A stretch of DNA of 64,000 bases from Octopus bimaculoides (lineage: Eukaryota), in contig NC_068989.1 in assembly GCF_001194135.2 (NCBI RefSeq), forward strand, positions 69,493,845-69,557,844. Reading direction: 5' to 3'. Each line of letters starts with the position of its first letter. The first letter of the stretch is position 1. The notes beneath the pieces are model-generated. The model saw only the letters and a program-made list of their open reading frames with translations. It ran no database searches and was not told the DNA's origin. Shown in pieces: positions 36,801-51,257 of the stretch. A program made the position numbers and the translations under genes.

Positions 36801-38864
36801 CAATATCTTTTATTCAAGTGGGGGCTGCAATAGAGACCAAGCTGGTTTTTCTGCTAGAAAACAAGGGTTTATAGTTTGAGAGAAAAAGCAGGGATTTTTT
36901 TTGCTGTAGAGGAACTATATGGCAACTCCTATTATAGAAGAGAGAGTGGAAGTGAATGAGATGAAGATGGAAAAGGATAAAATAATGATGAAGAGGTGTC
37001 AGTGGTGGTGGTGGGGGGTCAAGTTTTAAAGTGAGTAGAAGTGTATGGGGACAGGAGAGGAGGGAGTGTGGGTGGATAGAGATTGTAAGAGTCATTTGTT
37101 ATAAAAAGAAAGAAAAGGATAGTTTCAGAAAACTGGTTATTTTGATGTTGGTATGTTCTTTGATTATCAATGAAAAAAAGTAATGAAGTGCACAAGGGGT
37201 TGAGTAAGTAGCACTATTTTACAAATCTAATTACACTGCAAATGAATATCATCATAGATAATTATTTGTAAGGCAGAAGATACTGCCATTTATTAATCCC
37301 TTTAATAGATGTGGACGTCTATAATTCTTCTTGGATTTTACCATGTGTAACTGACAAAAATGATTATTTTGATCATGTTAACGATATCTGTTCTTTTATG
37401 TAATATGAATGTGGTGAGCATTAAATCTTTCATTGTATCAAGTTTAGAATATAAATTTAAATATTTTCCATAAGATATCCTTTAACTGTCAAACTACAAA
37501 GGTAAATATATTGCAAAATGTCTGCATGCCTATCTTGAGTGTAGAGATTACTGAACAGATTTGATTTGTTCTATTTTGCCATGACTGATTCCTATACTTA
37601 AAAACAATAATGTCGTGCTTCGATCTTAATTGGGAACCATGCTACACAGGTCATGAGAGAAATAAAACTAAAACAAAATAATTGAATTCACACGTATAGA
37701 TTTCTTTAATGTAGAGTTGTGATACAGTTCCTTTAAATGTCAGATATTGTTGATAAGAGTATAAACCTATCTAATAAAGATAGTGGTTCTGATACCAAAC
37801 TGTCTGTAGAAGTTGGGTTATTGCATTAACTTTACTGTCTGTTTTGTTTATAAATGGTCACAATAGAAATGGACAAGGTAGACTTGGTCAGTTCATGAGA
37901 ATATCAACACCTCAGCTTCTGCTGTTTATTATAATTGAGAGGTAACCGAGCACTGAGTTTGGGTTGACTGATATAATATTTTGAGGTTTAACCTTTTTGT
38001 AACTATATTCATCATCATCATCACCATCATCATCCTTTAACATCTGGTTTCCATGCTGGCATGGGTTGGACAGTTTGACTGAAATACACAGTTTGGAGAG
38101 ATTTAGCTCAAATAACTATAACATTCTCATTTTTTGGAATGTAGTAAAAAAATTCTTTCAAAATATGATAAAAGCCTTAAACTTTAATCTAAGCATTACA
38201 AAGCCTCACTGTGAGTTAAATAAGAATGTAAGTACATTATTCCTCTACTACTGGTGTGCAGAAAAAAGTGGGAGGGACTCTCCCAATTGACTATTTCATG
38301 GTCTGTTGGCTGCTCCCAAAAGAAAACAAAGACATAAGCAGCCGCTTTCTTCAACCAACAAAATAGATCAGTTGTTTATATAAAGTAGTCATGAATTAGA
38401 CTATCCACTGTGGTAGATAACCTAATTTGTGGTTTTGCTGGCTCACTATTAATTAATCAATACCAATTTGTGTACAGTACCATATAAATCAGGAGAACTG
38501 AAATAATTTAAATATTACAAAACTTCACTGTGGTTTAACTAAGAATATGAATATAGACACAGAACCTGGGACGGTCTCAGGTGTGTTGGTAGATTGTCTA
38601 GATTTGATGTGAAACTTAGAGATTTTAGAATATAGTAATGTTCTAGAATGGTATGTCTGAATATCTGATAGTTGCTTACTGACCATACACTTTCAGATGG
38701 TTCTATGAGATTAATTAAACTGCAACTATGAACAATGGTCTTTATATGTCTAAGCTGTCATTCACTTTCATTAATTTAGATTAATTATGTGGACGAATGA
38801 TTAGTAAGCAGGAAAGGTTTGGGAGTTATCATACTATAGAGGATAATAACTTTTATTATTTTAA

Positions 38865-39275
38865 GGTGGTAAGCTGGCAGAATTGTTACTGAGCCAGTTA
38901 AAATGTTTTATAGCATTTCATCCCTCTTTACATTCTGGGTTCAAATTCTGCCAAAATTGACTTTGCTTTTCATCTTTTTGAGGCCAATGGAATAAGTAAC
39001 AGTTGAGTATTGGGACTGATGTGATGAACTATTTCCTTCTTCCAAAATTTTAGGCCTAAAGTAGAAAGGATTATTTTATTATTATTATTACAAAGGTGGT
39101 GAATTGGTAGTATTGTTAGTGCATTGGACAAAATGCTTAGCAGCAGTTCTTCCAGCTCTTTATATTCTGAGTTCAAATACCACAAAAGGTCAGCTTTGCT
39201 TTTCGTCATTTTGGGGTTGACATAAGTTACTAATTACCTCCCTTAAAATCGCTGGCTTTGTGCAGAAATTTGAAA
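38865..39275 (+). mobile_element. Two tandem SINE family A copies
   Basis: aaggtggtaagctggcaga and aaggtggtgaattggtagt heads, B-box gttcaaa, (ATT)n spacer. Confidence 0.8.
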
Positions 39276-41269
39276 CTTTTTTTTATAGAGAATTGTTTTT
39301 GACTTATTAATATAGACAAGAAATTATATAGACAGGGGAATTATTATGCTATGGAGAATAATAATTTACATTATTTTATTACTATTTTTTTTTTAGTTCA
39401 TTATTATTGGTTTAAAAAAAAAATGGGGAGGAATATATATCAAAGACGGTTGACATAACTGAAGGTGGATTTTACGTATTGCTTATGGAGCTAAGCTAGA
39501 AAAGCATCACTGAATTTTGATTCTGTTTCCAGTTAAATGAAAATCTTTAAACACAGGATCTTTAGTAATATTTTTATGTTTATACATAACTTTCTTTCTA
39601 TATTCCTTCCTGTTACATGAAATAAACCACTTCTTTTTTCTCATTATTCCTGTTTTCAAGGTTCATAGAGTCTTTTTCTTTTATGTGGGATACAACAGTT
39701 CTTGGTTTCATGCTGTCATAAGCAAGATGTCAAATCCAAAATGAATTATTAATGAATTTTAATGAAAATCTAAGTTCTTTTCCTGTATTTCATTCTTCTA
39801 ACATTGGCAGATTACATCATTATTATTTCTTCCTCAATGCTGTTTAACATTTAAAAACTTTTTAAACCGTTTTTTTATTTGTTAGCAAATGGTTTGCTAA
39901 TAAAGTTATGTCATTTTTATTGACATTTTAAATTTAATTTTACCTTGTTTCTATTGCTGTTTCTAATTAACGTATTTAAGCTCAACATAATTATAACATA
40001 AAGCAATAAATAAATAAATAAAACGTAATCTTATAATAGAGAAGTGGAAGACTTGTTTGAGCTTTCATTTTTATCATACTTTGTCACATATGTAATAAAA
40101 ATAAAACAGAAATTAACTGGACATTTCTAAATTTATGAAGTTCAGGTTATGAGAGAAACAAGACCATAAGAGAAATAATTGAATTCACATTTAATGAAAA
40201 TTGTTGAGTATTCTGGTAATATGTCAGAAGTTGCTGATAAGAGCATGACTCCATCGCATTAAGTACATAGTTTTTGAGTAATGTGGTTTCATTTTAATAT
40301 TAAATGAATTTAGTTCCATATTAATATGGCTTGAATGGATTTTTGAAATTTAGAACAGTTTGCAGGAGCAAAAGGCTTTTATTGCTAAATATTCTTTATT
40401 TAGCTGTCAACTCGGATGTTAGCTGTTCTTTTAATATATGAATATGCACAAACTAGTGTGTATACACATTTATACATACACATGGAATAGCACTAACTGT
40501 AATAATTTGTCTCAGAGAAACATCTCAAAGAGAATCGTATATTAAAAGCACCAGGTTTTACTCAGAACAGTGCTGTGTTGCCAGACATAATAATTGAACC
40601 TGATTTGATGTCCTTAGTACTACTCTGAGCATTCTAATCTAAACTGAAAAATGCATTTCTGGAACAGTAAACAAAACATTTACTGATTTACGAAAAAGCT
40701 AGCCAGGCTAGAATTTAATTAATATACACTCTTGAAATAGCTTTAGATTAAAATACTGGTGTGTATACATATTTATAATGTGCATACAAATGTGAAACAG
40801 CTCTAGCTGTAATATTTTGTTTCATTGAAGCTTTTCAAAGAAATTTAAAAAGACATTAAAGATAACTACCTTTTTCGTTTCTCTCTTTTTTTCTCTTGCT
40901 ACTTTGCTATTAGAGACAAATCTCTAAGACATGATAATTTTTATTTCTCAACCATTTTTTTTCTTTTTTGTTATTCAGTTTTAGAGATATTATTGGTTGA
41001 AGAAATATCTAGGTATTCCTTGAACCAATAATAATAATATTTAAATTTTGGTAGATTTTTAATAAATGACACAATATAAAGCAAATATATAAGATATATC
41101 TTCATTGTTAATAGTGGGTGTATAAAAGACAGTTCAACTGTTTAGATTTGATGTATAAGAGCTGGTTAAACATCTCGATTGGGTATATAAACAGTTGGTT
41201 TCATAGGTCAGTGTAGCTGTACCCAAGATTACTTCACAGGTTAGTGCAGTATTTATGTTGTTCTTCAAT

Positions 41270-41725
41270 ATCATCATCATCATCATCATATCCACTCTTC
41301 CATGCTTGCATGAGTTAGATGGAATTCACTGAGGTAGATTTTCTACAACCAAATGCCCTTCTTGTGACTGACCCTCCCCTGTATCCAAGAAAGGTATTTT
41401 TTTCCTCATCCTTGGACATGTTTCCATGGAAATGGAACAACACCACTTGTATGATGGTAACACTTGTTTCCAACTTTTGCACAATGGCAAGACAAAGCTG
41501 TACATGCATACTCACATGCACGCACATGCATGCATGCACACACGCATATGCGCGTGTGCACACACACACACACACACACACAATGGGTTACTTTCAGTTT
41601 CTGCTTACTAGATCCACTCATCAGATTTTGGTTGACCCCAGGCACTTACCTAAATTGCCATGCAGTGGAACTGAACCCAAGACCTTGTGGTTGAGAGGCA
41701 AACTCCTTACCCACACAACTATGTT
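41270..41725 (-). mobile_element. RTE 3'-end fragment followed by a SINE family B head
   Basis: (CAT)n-tccactcttccatgcttgcatg..., then ctttcagtttctgcttactagatccactca...ggaactgaaccc. Confidence 0.65.
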
Positions 41726-42255
41726 TACATTTATGTCGTTAAGAAATCTAGAAGAATCCTCCTTATATTTCAAAAAACTTAATCATGAAATGTTCTTTCA
41801 CCTACATAACTATTCTTCTTCTGTTAGTATTGGTTAACTCCATTTCTTTGGGATCTGCTTTGTTGATTGGCAATATTTTAAGTCTGTAATAAATAATATC
41901 ATGTTTACATTTTGTATTCCTCAAAATATTTTTAGAAGATTAACAAAGCCTGTATTTTTATCTTCCTGTTATCTTATATTTCTTGATCTCTTGTTTAATA
42001 AACATTCCCATGAGCATAGGTCAAAATATTATATAGTTATATTTCAATATCATTTTGATTATACTTAAATTGGTTATTACCAGCACATATAATCATATTT
42101 AAGTTATTGGTTCTTTCTGTTTTCACATTTATCCATGATGATGATGATGCTCATCATCATCGAGACAATAATTTTCCTGCCTGGCAAAAGTTGACTCAAT
42201 TTAAAATCTGTTTTGTTATTTGATGTCTGAGCTTTAATGGACATCCTCAAATATC

Positions 42256-43187
42256 TTAACCCTTTTGTTAACTTATTTCTGTTGAAATACATTTCTGCCT
42301 CTGTTTCATTTAATTTTGAAAACCATGAAAAATTTTGTAAAATAACTTTGTCATTACTATGCTGATGCTTGGAACATAAATAAACATTAAGACAGGAAAT
42401 TTATATCAAAGAATTAGGAGTGATCTCAGGCCAATTGGTATCAAAAGAGCTAAATAGTTTGAAGAAATTTCAAACTACTGGTCTCCTGCAGATATCATTC
42501 CTGAAAGAGACACACAGACCCTTTTGTTACCATATTTCTCTTGAAATATTTCACTGAATTTCGAAAATAATGAAGTATTTATTACAATAATTTTGTCATT
42601 AATCTGGTGTTTGAAACATAAACATTGAAATTTTAATGGACGGTTTTAATTTAGTTCATTTAAACACAAGGAGTTTGTATCAAAGAACCAGGGCTGTTTC
42701 AGACAGATTGGTATTAAAAAGGTTAATTCTTTTGTTACCATATTTCTGTTGAAACACACTACTTTATTTCAATTAATTTTGAAAATAATGAAGTATTTAT
42801 AGTACAATAACTTTGTCATTATTAGGCTGGTGTTTGAGAAATAAATTTACATGAAATTTTAGATTAAGATCACATAAAAGCACGAAGCTTTAATCCTAGA
42901 AGCAGTGGTGGTCTCAGGCAAGTTAGTATCAAAACAGTTAAAGTAATCGGGAGAAATTTCAAACCACTGGGCCTTCATAGATATCATTTCTAACAGAAAT
43001 GGTTTTGTTAGCATATTTTTGTTGAAATACATTGCCTTTGATTTCAGTTTAACTTTTGAAATAATGATGAATTTAGTCAAATAACTTTTATTATTAATCT
43101 GGTATTCGGAAAGGAAATAAATATAGAATTTTGATGGAATGTTTTAATTTAGATCATATAAAATCATGAAGTTTGTATCCTAGAACT
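42256..43187 (+). mobile_element. Array of four copies of a second TTAA/piggyBac-like MITE family
   Basis: Units start TTAA-cccttttgtta(a/c)c and end ggtatcaaaag(g/a)g-TTAA. Units 2 and 3 share the TTAA at 42723-42726. Other pieces at about 22620-22710, 44935-45000 and 58330-58590. Confidence 0.75.
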
Positions 43188-43479
43188 TCTCATTGCCAAC
43201 CTTGTCACATTTTGGGTCATGCTGAGTCTCTCTGAGAACTACATTAAGTGGCTGCATATCTGTGGCGTACTCAGCCACTTGCATGTTAATTTCATGAGAA
43301 GGCTGTTTCATTGATTAGATCAATTGAAACACTCATTGATGTAATATATAACATGAAAAATAAAAACTGGAATTCTATATTTAAAGTCTTTGATAATTTT
43401 GAAATATATCTACTAACAAGCCATGTCTATTTTAGGAAACACTTATAAAAATATTGATAGATAATGAAATTGTTTCTCA

Positions 43480-43613
43480 TAGTAAATATGTCTGGACCCC
43501 TTGAATACTACGTAGACCCACAATTTACTATTTTGCTTGTCTAGACCCTCTAAAATTTTATATGCCCCCACCTTCCCAGGATGGGGTCATGAGACCCTGA
43601 CTGAGAACCACTG
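43480..43613. mobile_element. One end of a probable hAT-like non-autonomous element
   Basis: ggggtcatgagaccc...tgagaaccactg; a CAGTGGTTCTCA-type terminus. Partner end not found. Confidence 0.4.
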
Positions 43614-44059
43614 TTGTAAATAGTGGTCAGTTGCCATCCAGCTCGTCTGAAAAAAAGTAAAAGAGGAAACAAAGCAGCAATGAGTGAAGAAAGAAAAAAA
43701 ACAACAATGATATCCAAAAGTGCATACATAGTATGCAAGAAAAAAACCCACAAAAAGACAGAAAGCGGAACAGTAAAAGAACCAGAAAAAGGAAAAGATA
43801 TATAATCATATCAAGAATAGTGTTGGTAAATTTGGGGAAGCATGGAATTTTTTAGGGATGCAGTGATCTAACAGAGAGGTAATATTTATCCCAATATTGG
43901 ATGTTCTGTTAGAACAAACTATACTACAGTAGTTACTATGGAAGAAACTCTCATATTAGTTCTTTTCAGTATTGATACTGCATCTTTTGCTAATATGTAT
44001 TTTTTAGTAGTATGCTAACATGAATGTCTTTTATTCTGAGATTTTTTAAACTCTTTTAA

Positions 44060-45098
44060 TTATTGAAATTGCCCATAAAATTTCTAATGGGGTTGAAATC
44101 AGGTGGTTGGGAAGGCCAGGGTAATATATGTATTTGCATGAGATTAAAATAATCTTGAGAGCATGCTGAAGTTTGTTGGATCATTATAATCTTGAATTTA
44201 AACATTCAAAAATTGAACTGCCTGGCAGCTTGAGATAAATTTTGTGGCTAATAACATCAAATTATACATAAGGAATTGCATTTGTTATTCCATCAATAAA
44301 TGCTAATTTGCCAACATTTCTATAAGGCATACATTCTCCACTCCCTCCTTATCATCATCATCATCATCATCATCGTTGTTGTTGTCATCCCTTTTGCCTC
44401 ATTCTGGTCATTGTGATCATCACTGTCATCCTCTTCATCAGCAATCATCATCATCCAACTCCCACATAAATATTTTCTTGCCCCATCCTTATATGTTTGT
44501 GTGTGTGTGTGTGTGTGTGTATGTAAGTATATATGTATATGTATGTAGATATATATACATATACATACATACATATATATATGTATTGCTCTATGATGTA
44601 AATTTCATGTTTTAAAATGATCTGAATTAAAAGTTTCCATTTAAATTCCAAGTAAGTATATATAATTCAAACATCAGCTAAACAATGACATTTATTTCAC
44701 TATTTTTATTGTATCTAGGGAGGGTCATTATGCTAATAATAATAGATACACACATTGGTTCAATTTCATTCCTTTATTGTCAGTCAGTTAGTTAGTTACC
44801 TAACCATCTAATTAATCAATCATTTGCTCAATTTGTTGATTAAAAACAAAAAATCAATCAGTTGTTTGTCCTAAGTCCTTTCATTGCTATTCACAACCTC
44901 ATCAATGACTTGCCTTCTCTCCTCCGGGTCAACTTCATTATTTTCAGAATCAGTTGGAACAAAAATAGTGTATTTCAACAGAAATATACCAGCAAAAACA
45001 CTATTCATACAATTTTATTCTCTCCACACTGACATTCTTCCATCATTATTGTGAAAAGGGAAAATAGTTGTTTTATCAGCCCAGTAGCAATCTACAAT

Positions 45099-45138
<40 letters not shown>

Positions 45139-45260
45139 TTATATATCCATTCCTTACATATCTAACACTTTTGACAGGTATTGTATTTCTGTAAGAAAAT
45201 AAGCTTTAAAACCATTTTCATAAAATACATTACCTATGGCTTGATTGCTAATGTGTTTTT
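44060..45260 (-). mobile_element. Fragmented Tc1 transposase relic
   Basis: Minus strand pieces in order: GNVFYENGFKAY (about 45230), YWADKTTIFPFHNNDGRMSVWR (45090-45020), VGKLAFIDGITNA, DYNDP, ILPWPSQPPDFNPI (44320-44080). Confidence 0.75.
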
Positions 45261-45527
45261 CCATTTGATTTCTAAATAGAATATCCAATTTTGGATTTCT
45301 AGACTGGAATATTTAACAGAAATATTTACACATCAAAAAGAGGTGAACAACAGTGTCAGTGCAAACATGTGCCAAAGATGGAAATAATCTCACCTTGGAA
45401 AATAAATGGATTGATTTTCAAAAAATACATATTTGTATGTATGTATGTATGTATGTATGTACGTATGCATGCATAAATGTATATAAATATATATATATAT
45501 ATATATTTACCAACTTTCTCACCTATA

Positions 45528-45584
<57 letters not shown>

Positions 45585-46127
45585 ATATATGTGTGTGTGT
45601 CTATAAATGTATATGAATATATATATATTTATGTATATATATGCATATAAATGTATATAAATATATATATGTACATAAATTTATATAAACACACACAGAG
45701 GCTTAAGCAAATACACCTAAACAAAGTAACTTCGAATCATTCCTGTTAATACATGAAATCAACATAAAAGAGATGACATACTAAAGTTGAGCATTTGATA
45801 AGTCTGCTAGAGAAATTAAACTTTTATTTCATGTCATTAAAAATATATAATTATGAGTGAGTTCATAACCGCATTGTAAAAATTTTTATTTGATGTAGGT
45901 TTGAAATTATTTGAAGAAGAATTGTGTTCTGTATCTAATGATCACAAACTTTAAAAAAAATCAAGCTTGCAAAATTGCCTGGTAACGTATTTCAGATTTC
46001 TATTAGAAGAGAATAACCTCCCATAAAACTTAATAAAGGAAAGCAAGTCTATTTTGATTTCATTTTCTCCAACATACATGTGAATTAGGATTTTCTTCGA
46101 CTTAGACTAGCGCAAAAGGGAGAGATG

Positions 46128-46178
<51 letters not shown>

Positions 46179-46179
46179 G

Positions 46180-46237
<58 letters not shown>

Positions 46238-46285
46238 CACCACCACCTTTTCTTCTTCTTCTTCTTCTTCTTCTTCTTCTTCTTC
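46128..46285. repeat. Compound (ACT)n-(ACC)n-(TCT)n microsatellite
   Basis: Direct reading. Confidence 0.95.
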
Positions 46286-48205
46286 ATTGTCATCACCGTC
46301 ATTGTGAGCTAACACATCCACTTTTCCATGTTTGCATGGGTCAGGCACAATTCATTGAGGCAGGTTGTTCTACAACTGGATGCCCTTTGCGTCACCAACT
46401 CTCACCTGTTTCCAAGTAAGGTAATTTTTCCTCATGGTCGAACATATTCTTCACAGAAAATTGGAAATGAATGACATTGATGGTTGATTACAACCATCAC
46501 ATCATGTGAAGACACAATTGGCATATACATATACAACTGGCTTTTTTACAGTTTAACTCTACCAAATCCACTCACAAAGGTTTGGTTGATTTGGAGCTAT
46601 AGAAAAAGACAGTTGCCCAAGGTGTTGTTCAGTGGGAGATCAAGTTACCAGGAAACAAGCTTCTAAACCATATAACCATATCTATACCTTTTGAAAAAGC
46701 CAGAATTTACCTCTATTTTATAAAAGCCATGTCTCTTGGATTTCAGAATTATCCCACCCTTTACATTCTTTCATTTATATAAATAATTATGTAAAATATA
46801 AATAACCACTTTGTTATATTCTTCTCTTTATTTTAAATTCAGAATTTTTCTTCTCTTAGTACCAATGAAAAGAAGACCAACAATAATGTATTTTTTCTAA
46901 TATTCATTATATTATTTCTAATGGTTTTATTGACATAAAGAAAATTGTTCTAACTGGGAATTAAAATTAAAGCTTATTTTGACATCAGTTCTTAACCTTT
47001 TCCTTATAGAGATAAAATGTCTGCGTTACATTTTCATGTGTTTATGGAAATTAGAATATAATAAAATAATTTCTATATTTAAATTCATAAATAAATCTGT
47101 ATTTCTGGACAGACATTTCTTCTTCCTCCTCCTCTTCTCTCTCTTTTCTTTCTCTCTCTTTCTGTATCTCTCTTTCTGTATATATGTATGTGTGTGCATA
47201 CACACACATGCACACACACACCTACTAGATGGATCGAAACAATTGTAGTTATAAATAAACATTCTCATATCTTCCATGTTCCATCTCTCATTAATCAAAT
47301 ACCCAACGAACACTGTGAAAGTGAACCTGCTTCACTTCTGTGATTGGATGTCCTTCCTCTCACTAGCCACTCTACAAAATAAACTCTATATCCGAGATTA
47401 ACCATGCAAGAAACCATTACAGAGTATACAGTGTGCATTTTATCATATCACTGAAATGAGAGAAGTTGATAAGTCCTTGGTGAAACAGGACTAAAGGGAA
47501 CCCAAAACCTTACAATTTCTCTGGTCATTTGTCAGTCACTTTGTAGTGTAAACTAGACGTATTTCCACATGTTACCAGCATAAGAGAGATGATAATGATA
47601 GTGGGTTCTGTGGTCAAGCTGTCAGGTAGATAGCCAATAGAGTCATGACTTTGTTTTTCTTTGTTATGAGTACTGTCAGTGTGTTTGTTGAGCTATATGC
47701 AACACATGTATAACAGCTTTTGCTTCAGTTTTCTGTCAGTAGTGCAAATGAAAGAACCACACCTGTGAAGATGGAACAGTTATACAACTGTAATTTGCAG
47801 GTGGAGCTTCATTTTTTAATGTGTATTGAAGATGACTGAAGACATTTTGTTAAAGAAACTCCATCATCTATTCAGCAAGATGCTGGAATTGAACAAAAAA
47901 AGAGTAAAAGAGGGAAACAAAGAGAAACTTCAATATCTTACTGTATTGAAAGATTCTTGAAAGATTTCAAACTATTTATGTCAGTTCTTTATATTTTGTA
48001 AATAAGAAAAAGTAAATATTCGTATTCATTAAAAACTAGAAAGAAGCCATCAATTTTATCTTAATTTTAGTCTGAAAGGAATAGAAAGATTGTATAAATG
48101 GAATAATATTTTTGAAAGATGAAATTATATGTCCAAATTATTTAACTATTAAAGAGAAAACTAAATAAGATCAGTATAATGGAAAACACAGACAGACAGG
48201 CAGAT

Positions 48206-48236
<31 letters not shown>

Positions 48237-49481
48237 TGCACACAAAAAATGCTATGTAGAAATTGTTTGAAATCCAATATTTTAATGTAAAAGTAAATTA
48301 AAGGATGGCATGATGGAAGAGATTTAAAAAAGAAAACAAACAACCCAACAGAAATCATATATCTGTTTTATAAAAAAAAATGTTCTTTTAATCTAGGTGA
48401 TAACTATATTTACAATTTGCAAAAATCTTCATGGCAAAGTAGAGATTGAATTTATTGTTTTTTTCTTTCTGTTGAGTAAAAACTTTGTACTTAAGCAATT
48501 GAAAAGTATTGGATAGATTTTAATTCAAATATTGAAAGTTTGTTGCTATTGGAGTAAATGACAGATTGTGTGAAATTAATTTTTAAATATAAGACTGATA
48601 TATGGATTGTCCATAGCATTCAATTAGAAAGAAGAATTTAGAATTATTTTTTATAAGGGTTTTACATTTCATAATAAAGTATTTCTTCATTCTAATTTTA
48701 ACAAATCTAAAGATTACATGCACCAGAAAAGCAGTTGAAAAGACAATTGATTTATGTGACCCAAACTCTGTGTTGGTTTGCTAATTATTTATAAAGTTGG
48801 GTTCTCAGAGTCTTTGGTCACATTCCCCCCCTTTTGATCCCAGACTTCTCTTATTCCTCAACCCATTTTGAATTGTTGTTAAGTATTTTTTTTTTTTCAC
48901 ATTATTCTTTTATAACAGCAATTATGGAAACAATGTATGAAAATACATTACTTTAATCTTATTTCAGTGAATCATAAAAATCCCATTTAATACTACATAT
49001 ATTGTTAGGAATGCCAAAGACACTTTATAAAGTGTTGCCAAAAGGGGAAAGAAGGGATAGGATAATAATTAAATTTTTGCTCTACAAGACTTCCATTTTA
49101 ATTTGATGTCCACTTTGACTTGCATGCAGAGAAACTAAACTAGGACACTGAGGAAGAAATCCAGTTAGTTTTGTTTAATGGTCACTATGCTCACAATTGT
49201 TGAGACATCCTTGTTTGTTAGTTGATATATATATATCCACAACAATACTAAAGGCATATTCAAACCAACTACATTGTTGCAGAGGGCAAGAGCATTTGTG
49301 GGAACTGAGTATTATTATTATTATTATTATTATACACACACACACACACACTTGGTTTGAGTTCTATTTTTCCTGTTTGCATCACCAAACCTCTGTGTTT
49401 GTGTATATATGTGTATGTATATATGTGTATGTATGTATGTGTTTATGCATTTGTGTCTCCTTGTCTGATGCCACATAATGG

Positions 49482-49917
49482 TTACTCTTTTACTTGTTTC
49501 AGTCATTTGACTGTGGCCATGCTGGAGTACCACCTTTAGTCGAGCAAATCGACCCTAGGACTTATTCTTTGTAAGNNNNNNNNNNTGGAGTACCACCTTT
49601 AGTCGAGCAAATCGACCCTAGGACTTATTCTTTGTAAGCCTAGTACTTATTCTATCGGTTTTTTTGCTGAACCGCTAAGTTACGGGGATGTAAACACACC
49701 AGCAACGGTTGTCAAGCAATGTTGGGGGACAAACGCAGACACACAAACATATACATATATACAACGAGCTTCTTTCAGTTTCTGTCTACCAAATCCACTC
49801 ACAAGGCTTTGGTCAGCCCGAGGCTATAGTAGAAGACACTTGCCCAAGGTGCCACACAGTGGAACTGAACCTGGAACCATGTGGTTGGTAAGCAAGCTAC
49901 TTACCACACAGCCACTC
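49482..49917 (-). mobile_element. Near-complete SINE family B copy
   Basis: Minus-strand A box gagtggctgtgtggtaag and B box ggttcagttcc, central microsatellite, tail; CpGs well retained. The segment duplicated across the 49576-49585 gap is probably an assembly artefact. Further heads at about 19740, 32890, 46570, 54565, 62990. Confidence 0.85.
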
Positions 49918-50927
49918 TTTATTTATTTCCACTCTTCTGCAAAAACATGCCTAGCCATTGGCATGTATGACCTTGGTTGGAAGAAGGTAAAGGTTGGCAA
50001 CCAAAAGGGTGTCTGGTCATATAAAATCTGCCTCAACAAATCCCATGTGACCCATACAAGCATAGAGAAATAGACATTAAACTGATGATGATGATGATGA
50101 TGATGATGATGACAGTGGCAGCCATTCCAGTGCTTATCTATATTCTTCAACTTAGCAATTCCTGAATTTTGAAACATCAAATAAAATTTCATTTTGAAAT
50201 ATGAGATAAAAATTAAGCATGCCAATTTTACAAAGTACAAGAATGTGAAAAACAGTTAAACAGTCTTTCAAAGTAAAATTCTTATTTATATGCTATAAGC
50301 TTCATTTCCACCAAGACTATTATTAAAAATTGTTAGAGTTACCATAATAATTCTGCAGTTGAGAAATCTTTATGGTTTAAATTAACTGTGGTATATTGTT
50401 AGAATCTGTTACAAGTCTTGACTACAGAGAAATACGATATGAAAATCAATAAGTACTATGAAGCAAGTCTAACACAAAAGCTCTACTACTAAACATTATG
50501 TTTTATTTCGGATAACCCCTCCCCTGCAGACTGAAAACAAAACTGACTCAATTAAGGGAACAATTATTATTTTTTTACTAAAGTTATGCAGCAATATAGA
50601 TCATAGCAATAACATAATGATAAAACACACCTGTGCTCATACACACCTTCACACATACAGAAAAGCTAGATAGTTAAATACAGGTATAAACACAATAAAG
50701 TGCCTCCTACTTATTTTATACTACATTTTGTTAACAACAAGCATTTTGAGTTACAGGTTTCTGTTAAGCCACTCACCAGTCTATTGCAATTCTGTGGGCA
50801 AGAATGATAAGGGGATTTCTTATGCCACTCAAGTGAAACATATACTACACAGGGTATATACTGTATTAGAAATACTGCTTTTTATACTTGAGTAAACATT
50901 GGTGAAACATGCACCACCACCACATTG

Positions 50928-50968
<41 letters not shown>

Positions 50969-51257
50969 ATATATATATGTATGTGTGTGTATAAGCTTTG
51001 TATTTAAAGTAATCTAAATTAAAACCTTCCAACAAAATATCCTGTTAATTTGTGTTTCAATGTCTTCTTTGGCATGGTTTCAGTGGCTAGATGCTCTTCC
51101 TAACACCAACTGATTTACAGTGTACTTTTTTTTTTTTTGTGGTACCAGTAGTAGTAACGTCACCAAGTGAGAAGTGGGTACAATATCGAGGGAGGTAGCT
51201 TTGCGCCTGATGTTGAGAGGCTAAAGTATGATAGAGGGACAGGAACAAACATTTTGC

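Noticed and set aside
46085-46348. Poly-V/poly-T/poly-E ORFs and similar homopolymeric ORFs throughout
   Set aside because: Translations of microsatellites.
47832-47960. 42-codon ORF MTEDILLKKLHHLF...
   Set aside because: Short, closed by a stop, with no donor and no recognisable homology.
49522-49640. Apparent direct duplication inside the SINE (likewise 26278-26420 and 121-204)
   Set aside because: The identical copies flank a 10-N gap, typical of unmerged contig overlap.
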